Source: Rheinheimera riviphila | GTDB lineage: Bacteria; Pseudomonadota; Gammaproteobacteria; Enterobacterales; Alteromonadaceae | Length of the DNA: 24,000 nucleotides | Assembly (NCBI RefSeq): GCF_004005945.1 | Contig: NZ_SACS01000003.1 | Location: 56,790-80,789 of the forward strand | Reading direction: 5' to 3' | Made by a program: the position numbers and the translations under genes | The notes under the pieces: model-generated | Databases searched by the model: none | Told to the model about the DNA's origin: nothing | The model's input: only the letters and a program-made list of their open reading frames with translations | Part shown: one piece after another, positions 18,501-24,000 of the stretch | Position numbering within the stretch: position 1 is the stretch's first letter | How the letters are laid out: each line of letters opens with the position of its first letter

Positions 18501-21500
18501 GCTGCAACCAGTAATTCGAATGGATAATCCTGATATTGCTGGGCCTGGTGCAGCTGCTGCCGGCTTTGTTCCAGCAGCGCCGTGAAATGTTGCGCCGGAT
18601 CACAATCAAGTCGCAACACCAGGGTGTTAACAAAAAATCCAACCAGATCCTGCAAACTGGCCTGCGTCCGGTTGAGTACCGGCGTGCCGATCACAATATC
18701 GCGTTGTCCGCTCCAGCGTGCCAGCACATGAGCAAAAGCGGCGTGGCATAGCGAAAACAAACTGGTCTGATGGCTGAGCGCAAATTGTTGTAACTCCTGC
18801 AGTTCTTCCCGATTGATCATCAGACTGATGCTGGCACCCCGATGGTCAGGTAACACCGGTCTGGGGAAATCGAGTGGCAAAGCATGCACCGGCGGCAATT
18901 GTGCCAGTGTCGTGTTGAAATAGTGCGCCGCCTGGGCAAAATATCCCGCTTGCGCCAGCGCCTGTTGCCACAACGCGTAATCACCATATTGCAGCGTCAA
19001 CACCGGAACTGAAGCATCTCCATGCTGCAGTTGCTGATAGCAACGCAGCAAGCCGTTGATCAGCAAGTCTACCGACCAGCCATCGCCGGCAATGTGATGC
19101 AGATTAAACAATAAGAACTGTGTTTCGCCACTGTCGACCAGTGCCAGCCGCCACATCAGATCAGCCTGCAGGTCAAACGGCGTGTCGGCGTGTTTTGCTG
19201 CGACAGCACTGAGATCTGCACGCCCGGCAATACTCAGCCGCTGAAGCGAGAACTTTGCATCCGGCATCACCCGTTGCCAGCTCTGGCCGTCCTGCTCCAC
19301 CATGACGGTACGCAGGATTTCATGTTGCGCGGTCAGCAGATTTGCCGCTTGTTCCAATATGTCCGCGTCCAGTGGCTCCAACAGTTGCAATGTGGCGCTG
19401 ATGTGATACTGCGCCGAGCCAGGTTGTAGTTGTTCGATAAACCACAGCCGTTGCTGGCTGAACGACAACGGCAGCAACTGCGCCTCATTCGTTGCGATTA
19501 TCGTCCTGTTGCCGGCCTCTTCACTCGCTACCGCAGCGTTGGCTACACTCGCCCTGGCGACCAATAACGGCCAGTGCTGTTCATCCTCCTGCAACAGTCT
19601 GGCCATCGCCGCCAGTTCACTGTGCTGAAAAATATCACGCACGGCCAGCTCACGCCCAAACTGCTGACGGATCAAGGCCAGTAACCGGATCGATAGCAAC
19701 GAGTGCCCGCCCAGCGCGAAAAAGTCACTGCGCCTGCTCTGCACGGCAACACCCAGCAATTGTTGCCAGAGCTGCGCCAATTGTTGCTCGGCAGCGGTGG
19801 CCGGCGGCTCACCGGCACTGTGGGCAAACGCCGTGTCAGCTGGTTGTGGTAAGGCTTTGCGGTCAATTTTACCATTGGGCAATAGCGGCCATTCCGCCAG
19901 TTGATGTAATGCCGCAGGCAACATAAACTGCGGCAGTTTGCGGCTTAAATACTGACGCAGTGCCTGAATATCGACCTGATGATCAGCCCGTAAGTACGCC
20001 AGCAAACGCCAGCTGCCTTGTGGTTGATCGGCCACGACCAGTGCACTACAGACCCCCCGATATTGCAAAATCTGCGCTTCGATATCGCTGAGTTCAATCC
20101 GGAAACCATTCAGTTTGACCTGATCGTCTTCACGACCAAAAAACTCCAGCTGATCATCGCTGTTCCAACGCGCCAGATCACCACTGTGATACCACAGATC
20201 GCCGTTGCTACTAACGGCGATACCCAGCGGATCCTGACAAAATACGGCCGCTGTTTGTTCAGCACGTCGCAGATACCCCTGACTGACGCCGGGACCGGCA
20301 ATCCACAATTGACCGATAGCACCAGGTGGTAACAGCCGGCGATCTGCGTCGAGGATATAACAACGATTCATGCCAACCGGCCGCCCCAGCGGAATTTGAT
20401 GTTGGCGCGGTTGCACGGAGGAGATCGGATAACAAGTGGCCGTCACCGTTGTTTCGGTTGGACCATAGGCGTTGATCAAGCGAATGTGACTGGCGGTGCT
20501 TTGCAGCCAACGCCGTACCTGTTGCAACGGAGCCGCTTCACCGCCAATAATCACCAGTCGCAGTGCCGGATCAAAAGTATCTGGCAAGGCAGTGGTCAGC
20601 TCGCTCCAAAATGCTGTGGGCAAGTTCAGCACTGACAGCTGGCAGGCTTGCACCTGTTGCCAGAACGACGCCGGACTATCGATCCAGTTTTCCTGGCGCA
20701 ATACCAGACAAGCGCCGCTGTACCAACTGGCAAAAATTTCTTCAATTGAAATATCAAAGTTAATGCTGCTGAACTGCAGCACCCGATCGGTGGATTGCAG
20801 CTGATAAGCTTGTTTCATCGAATGCGCCAGATGCAACAACTGCGGTTGCCCCACCATCACCCCTTTTGGCGTACCGGTCGATCCCGAGGTATAAATCAAA
20901 TATGCCACCGCGTCCGCAGAAGGCAATAAAAGCACAGTGGTCTGCAGCGCCGGCAATTGCTCTGCACTGAACCAGTCAGCCCAACATTGCTGCAGTACCC
21001 GGCAACGCGGTACAAAAACAGGCTGCTCAGCCTGGTCAAATCGCTGCGCCTGCGTGGGTTCGGTCAGCACTAAGACCGGTTGTGCATCCTGTATAATTTG
21101 CTGTAGCCGTTCATCCGGATAAGCCGGATCCAGCGGCAGATAAACAGCACCTAGTCGCAATAACGCCAGCACAGTCACCAACAACGGCACTGAACGCTGC
21201 AAACACAAAGCTACCACCGCGCCTTCAACGATCCCGTCCCGCTGCAGCGCAGCGGCGACCACCTGACTTTGTTGCCACAACTGCTGATAACTGAGCGCCG
21301 TAGCGCCGTGCTGTAACGCTGTGGCTGCCGGGGTGTCAAGGGCGAATTGTTGCAACTGCGCCAGCAATGTCGCCGCACCGGTGTTGGCTTCAGTGTCGGT
21401 GACAAATGACTCCAAAGTTGGCGCGGTACCATGTCCTGTCAACAGCGATACGCGCTGCGCTGCCGATAACGCATCCAGTTGGTCCCATCGTTGCTGCGAA

Positions 21501-24000
21501 CTGTGCAGCATTTGTTGTAATAACGCCTGATAACTTGCAGCCAGCCGCTTGATGGTCGTCGCACTGAACAAGTCCGCGTTGTACTCAAATGCAAACTCAA
21601 AAGCGTTGCTTTCGGTGCTGACTTCCAGTGTCAGCTCAAATCGGGCATGTTGCTCGGCGCCGCTGGCTTTGCTCAGGCTTACATCGGCAAATTGCATGTC
21701 GGCAAGGCCGGGCGGGTCCATGCTAAACATGATCTGAAACAGCGGCGAATACTGACTTTGTCGTACCGGCTGCAACGCTTCGACCAGCTTCTCAAACGGA
21801 TATTCCTGATGTTGTTGTGCTTGTGCCACCTGTTGCTGCACCTGATGCAGCAGCTCTGCCAGTGTGAGAGCAGGATCCAGTTGCTGGCGTAGCACCAGCG
21901 TATTGACAAAAAAGCCGGCCAGATTGCCAAGCTCGGGTTGAGCGCGGTTGGCGACCGGCGTGCCAATAACCAAATCGCGGCTCTGGCTGTATTTTTCCAG
22001 CAACAGATAAAAAGCGCTCAGCAACACCGTAAACAAACTGACCTGCTGCTGCCTGGCGAACTGTACCAATTCAGTGCTGTGTTGTGTTGCCAACGTAAAT
22101 GCATGCCAGCCACCATGGTGGCTTGGTTGCTCCGGCCGGTCAAAGTCCAATGGCAACTGGTGCACTGGCGGGGCATCTTCCAGCACCTGTTGCCAGAAGC
22201 TGAGCTGTTGTTGCCAGTGCCGCTGAACGTCCGGGCTTTGTTGCCACAACACATAATCGCTGTATTGTAACGGCAGGGGTGGCAATGTTTCAGCGCTGGC
22301 AGTGCCGGCGTTGGCTTGGCACAGTGCCTGGTACAAAGTGGCGAACTCAGTGGCGAGTACGGCCATCGACCAACCATCGGTTGCGATATGATGCAGATTC
22401 AGCACCAGTAAACCGCGTTCTGGTGCAGTCTGCAGCCACCATGCCCGCAGTTTGATGTCGGTTGCCAGGTCAAAAGGCAATGCCAGCAAAGCTGCAACCT
22501 GTTGTTGCACCTCGCTTTCGTGGCAGTGTTGCAAATCACGTTGCTGCACTAACGAAGCTGGTAACGGCAACGGCTGTTGCCACAGCTGACCGTCGTCGTC
22601 TTCAGACAGACCAAAGTGCAGTGGCTGATGGCGTGCCAGTAACGTCATTAACGCCTGATCAGCGAACTTTGCCACAAATGGCCCCGTTACCTGCCAGACC
22701 AGCGGTACATGGTACATGCGCTGTCCGGCGGACCAGCGTTCAACAAACCACAGTCGTTGTTGCGACGCTGACAGCGGATAACGAGCCTGGGGCGGCAAGG
22801 CTTTCAGAGATGGGATGGCTGGAGCTGCGATGTTGGGATCACGCACCGCAGCGTCAATACGACAGGCTAACTCCGCCAGATCGGTGCTGCCAATCACTGC
22901 GGCCAATCCGAGCTCAACCGGCCAGTGCTGCTGGATCTGCGACAATAAACGGGCCGCGAGCAAACTATGACCACCGAGCGCATAAAAATTGTCATGCCTG
23001 CCGACTTGTGCTGCTTGCAATAGCTGCTGCCAGATTGTCGCCAGCAGCCGTTCAGTCGCACCTTGCGGCGGTTCAAACAGTGTCCGCTGATAATCATCTG
23101 CTGCCGGTAACGGTAACGCTTGTTTGTCCAGTTTGCCATTGGCGGTCAGTGGCAATTTAGCCAGAATCACCAGTGCAGCGGGCACCATATAGTCCGGCAA
23201 AGTGGCCCGAAGCGCGGTCCGGACTTCGTCACAGACATTGGCTGGTGCCACCAGGTAAGCGATCAGTTCGGCATCGGCACCAGCGCCAAGCACCCGCACT
23301 GCGGCCTCACGCACCTGTGGTTGAGCCAGCAATACCGCCTCAATTTCCGCAAGTTCGATCCGAAAGCCGCGCAGCTTAACCTGGTGATCAATCCGTCCCA
23401 GATATTGCAATTGACCTTCCGGTAACCAGCGCACCAGATCGCCGGTACGGTACAACTGACCCGCGGCAAAGGGATTGGGAATAAACTTTTCCGCATTCAG
23501 TTCCGGCCGCTGCAAGTAACCCGCGCCAACCCCGGGGCCGCCAATCAGTAATTCGCCGGGGACACCAGGTGGCACCGGGCTCAGCGCATTGTCCACAACG
23601 TAGAGCCGGGCTTCGGCGACGCTACCTCCCATTTGCATCCTCACAAAATCTGGCGGCAACTGGCCCTGAGTACAATAAATGGATGTTTCGGTCGGACCAT
23701 AACTGTTCAATAAACATCGGCCTTCTGCCCAAAGCCTGGCGAGTACATCCGGGCAGGCTTCACCGCCGATCAGCAAAGTACGGACACTTCGCCAGGCTGT
23801 TACGTCCAGATACGGCAGCAACGCCGGTGTCATCAAGGCATGGGTCAGTTGATCACGCGCGACCACCTGGTCTAACGCTGCCGGATCACGTACCACAGCT
23901 GCCGGATACATATACAAAGTTGCGCCACTGCACAGTGCCCAGAAAAACTCCACCAGACCCGCGTCAAAGCTGAATGAAGCAAATTGCAGCACCCGACTGC
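15512..24000 (-). CDS. Non-ribosomal peptide synthetase, C-terminal portion (partial A)-T-C-A-T-C-A-T-TE; the 5' end lies outside the window
   Basis: A single 8.5-kb frame. The ORF-track M at 23992 is an internal GTG. The frame stays open to base 24000 (..SRVLQFASFSFD, an A4-region motif). Three sets of A-domain core motifs, three GGHSL carrier sites, two HHIAxDGWS condensation motifs and a terminal GHSLGG / GDH thioesterase were read directly. Confidence 0.95.
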   Translation of the reverse strand, partial: SRVLQFASFSFDAGLVEFFWALCSGATLYMYPAAVVRDPAALDQVVARDQLTHALMTPALLPYLDVTAWRSVRTLLIGGEACPDVLARLWAEGRCLLNSYGPTETSIYCTQGQLPPDFVRMQMGGSVAEARLYVVDNALSPVPPGVPGELLIGGPGVGAGYLQRPELNAEKFIPNPFAAGQLYRTGDLVRWLPEGQLQYLGRIDHQVKLRGFRIELAEIEAVLLAQPQVREAAVRVLGAGADAELIAYLVAPANVCDEVRTALRATLPDYMVPAALVILAKLPLTANGKLDKQALPLPAADDYQRTLFEPPQGATERLLATIWQQLLQAAQVGRHDNFYALGGHSLLAARLLSQIQQHWPVELGLAAVIGSTDLAELACRIDAAVRDPNIAAPAIPSLKALPPQARYPLSASQQRLWFVERWSAGQRMYHVPLVWQVTGPFVAKFADQALMTLLARHQPLHFGLSEDDDGQLWQQPLPLPASLVQQRDLQHCHESEVQQQVAALLALPFDLATDIKLRAWWLQTAPERGLLVLNLHHIATDGWSMAVLATEFATLYQALCQANAGTASAETLPPLPLQYSDYVLWQQSPDVQRHWQQQLSFWQQVLEDAPPVHQLPLDFDRPEQPSHHGGWHAFTLATQHSTELVQFARQQQVSLFTVLLSAFYLLLEKYSQSRDLVIGTPVANRAQPELGNLAGFFVNTLVLRQQLDPALTLAELLHQVQQQVAQAQQHQEYPFEKLVEALQPVRQSQYSPLFQIMFSMDPPGLADMQFADVSLSKASGAEQHARFELTLEVSTESNAFEFAFEYNADLFSATTIKRLAASYQALLQQMLHSSQQRWDQLDALSAAQRVSLLTGHGTAPTLESFVTDTEANTGAATLLAQLQQFALDTPAATALQHGATALSYQQLWQQSQVVAAALQRDGIVEGAVVALCLQRSVPLLVTVLALLRLGAVYLPLDPAYPDERLQQIIQDAQPVLVLTEPTQAQRFDQAEQPVFVPRCRVLQQCWADWFSAEQLPALQTTVLLLPSADAVAYLIYTSGSTGTPKGVMVGQPQLLHLAHSMKQAYQLQSTDRVLQFSSINFDISIEEIFASWYSGACLVLRQENWIDSPASFWQQVQACQLSVLNLPTAFWSELTTALPDTFDPALRLVIIGGEAAPLQQVRRWLQSTASHIRLINAYGPTETTVTATCYPISSVQPRQHQIPLGRPVGMNRCYILDADRRLLPPGAIGQLWIAGPGVSQGYLRRAEQTAAVFCQDPLGIAVSSNGDLWYHSGDLARWNSDDQLEFFGREDDQVKLNGFRIELSDIEAQILQYRGVCSALVVADQPQGSWRLLAYLRADHQVDIQALRQYLSRKLPQFMLPAALHQLAEWPLLPNGKIDRKALPQPADTAFAHSAGEPPATAAEQQLAQLWQQLLGVAVQSRRSDFFALGGHSLLSIRLLALIRQQFGRELAVRDIFQHSELAAMARLLQEDEQHWPLLVARASVANAAVASEEAGNRTIIATNEAQLLPLSFSQQRLWFIEQLQPGSAQYHISATLQLLEPLDADILEQAANLLTAQHEILRTVMVEQDGQSWQRVMPDAKFSLQRLSIAGRADLSAVAAKHADTPFDLQADLMWRLALVDSGETQFLLFNLHHIAGDGWSVDLLINGLLRCYQQLQHGDASVPVLTLQYGDYALWQQALAQAGYFAQAAHYFNTTLAQLPPVHALPLDFPRPVLPDHRGASISLMINREELQELQQFALSHQTSLFSLCHAAFAHVLARWSGQRDIVIGTPVLNRTQASLQDLVGFFVNTLVLRLDCDPAQHFTALLEQSRQQLHQAQQYQDYPFELLVAALNPPREAAIHPLFQIFMAMDVSDDTALQAHGITLIQPDAVLARFDLSLNLQVQEQQLRLRLDYACALFSERTANALLDALLLTLQQVRIEALRSLGRLPVLSPQQQQLLLAKQPVLTEDRLSFSRHTDLLTQWHQQQVQHADQIAVADPLHALSYQQLEAGANQLAHALYAIGIRPTQRVALLLRRDHQLPMAILALWKLGCAYVPLDPTQPAARQQAVLLDADVQLTLASRCYQALAQQLNLKTLSTDPALATALWVLDAPELLRTLQQQPSTAPELLLPADPLAYLIYTSGSTGQPKGVQVYLSSVLECLNQIAARIGFQPQQAMLAITTVTFDISVLELWLPLLWGGRTVLMQSEEARDPLLLQQWLDRFEIRLLQATPATWQGLILSGWQSRPGLTMLCGGEALSKPLALQLLSGGGTLWNVYGPTEATIWVSAAPIRSEDDFAGQGVAPVCDLLPGVRSYVLSPAGLLQPPGVAGELYLSGPCVAAGYRNRPDLTARHFLPDPFSTSTQTMYRTGDLVRQLPGGQLAFLGRLDHQVKINGFRIELGDIESQLRQHPAVEQAVALVLTVREQPQLVLYWQRCAGVTDDEHSLRTYLQQQLPAYMQPAYWLELDNFPLNSNGKIDRKALPSPQPTRQISQPPATELELVLQQIFQQVLEQQVPDVTVSFFELGGHSLLSIRLMQLLNSQGRTRQWPVLSLADLFHNPDIRRLADHLSAALLQHEDHTRSQDDSVRWVVLEPQAGLPEWWVIPGAGAISAAMLPLARQLRGNAQVQVAEPQGRLGLQNPHQDWATLTSDYLQALRRAQPQGPYHIAGHSLGGRIAYQLACMLEAQGEQVTLCLLDVDLRPMADTGDVLDACSEMYQLLCRAMAQPALEFSDPAQYRGALVQLMQQAGLLPTDDWQTELDALLAVASAQAELYRQFKPGPKFHGPAVLIYGDDFATAHPRTHLRRQLKQYLKGNLQLQQVAGDHLTMLSAPALAQKLIQLLSSV
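15515..16291 (-). other. NRPS type I thioesterase (release) domain
   Basis: GHSLGG nucleophile elbow (Ser codon 16037..16039). The LLDVD Asp lies about 27 residues later. The GDHLTML His codon is at 15575..15577. The domain is at the extreme C-terminus. Confidence 0.85.
16349..16567 (-). other. NRPS thiolation (PCP) domain 3
   Basis: VSFFELGGHSLLSIRL. The Ser codon is at 16463..16465. Confidence 0.85.
16604..18121 (-). other. NRPS adenylation domain (terminal module), predicted glycine-activating
   Basis: LIYTSGSTGQPKGV (A3), FDISVLE (A4), NVYGPTEATIW (A5), YRTGD (A7), GRLDHQVKINGFRIELGDIE (A8), NGKIDRK (A10). The hand-derived specificity code is DILQLGVIWK. Confidence 0.8.
18209..19480 (-). 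other. NRPS condensation domain 2
   Basis: LSFSQQRLWF (C1), AQHEILRT (C2-like), HHIAGDGWS with first His codon at 19097..19099. Boundaries are approximate. Confidence 0.8.
19589..19807 (-). other. NRPS thiolation (PCP) domain 2
   Basis: SDFFALGGHSLLSIRL. The Ser codon is at 19700..19702. Confidence 0.85.
19850..21385 (-). other. NRPS adenylation domain (module n-1)
   Basis: LIYTSGSTGTPKGV (A3), FDISIEE (A4), NAYGPTETT (A5), YHSGD (variant A7), GREDDQVKLNGFRIELSDIE (A8), NGKIDRK (A10). Boundaries are approximate. Confidence 0.85.
21479..22783 (-). other. NRPS condensation domain 1
   Basis: C1 motif LSASQQRLWF. The C3 motif HHIATDGWS has its first His codon at 22391..22393. About 435 aa, ending before the LSAAQRVSLL linker. 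Boundaries are approximate. Confidence 0.8.
22853..23077 (-). other. NRPS thiolation (PCP) domain 1
   Basis: DNFYALGGHSLLAARL. The phosphopantetheine-attachment Ser codon is at 22964..22966. Confidence 0.85.
23114..24000 (-). other. NRPS adenylation domain (module n-2), C-terminal two thirds only
   Basis: Motifs FSFDAG (A4), NSYGPTETS (A5), GELLIGGPGVGAGY (A6), YRTGD (A7), GRIDHQVKLRGFRIELAEIE (A8), NGKLDK (A10). The A1-A3 motifs lie beyond the window edge. Confidence 0.85.

Noticed and set aside
15927-23973. Many 60-230 aa ORFs on the plus strand or in other minus frames inside the NRPS gene (for example 22462..23160 at 232 aa, 19492..19926, 23569..23973, 21679..21966).
   Set aside because: All are fully nested in a frame with dense, unmistakable NRPS motifs. 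Their translations are low-complexity and rich in Arg, Ala, Pro and Cys with no motifs. Such ORFs are the expected by-product of the codon bias of a long gene.
1-24000. Search for tRNA, rRNA, CRISPR arrays, IS elements, integrases, toxin-antitoxin pairs or phage-defence genes.
   Set aside because: None was recognised by eye. All sizeable ORFs are accounted for by the housekeeping genes, the PPTase, the MipA-like protein and the NRPS.

Overview
The window looks like gammaproteobacterial chromosome, judged by gene content and close similarity to E. coli HtpX, PepE, BioABFCD and AsnS. About two thirds is ordinary housekeeping DNA. On the minus strand there is a secreted tricorn-like S41 protease, a lipoprotein and a small conserved protein, followed by htpX. 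pepE is on the plus strand. A classical divergent biotin locus (bioA | bioBFCD) comes next, then a small membrane protein gene and asnS. The accessory part begins right after the asnS terminators. It contains an Sfp/EntD-type 4'-phosphopantetheinyl transferase, an oppositely oriented MipA/OmpV-family outer-membrane protein gene, and the 3' 8.5 kb of a very large non-ribosomal peptide synthetase (NRPS) gene. The NRPS reading frame is still open at the window edge (base 24000). Reading core motifs by eye gives the architecture (partial A)-T-C-A-T-C-A-T-TE. The last A domain carries a near-canonical glycine specificity code. The product and the rest of the cluster, upstream beyond 24000, cannot be determined from this window. 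I saw no tRNA, rRNA, CRISPR array, transposase or integrase. All family assignments rest on motif recognition and remembered homologues, not on database searches.
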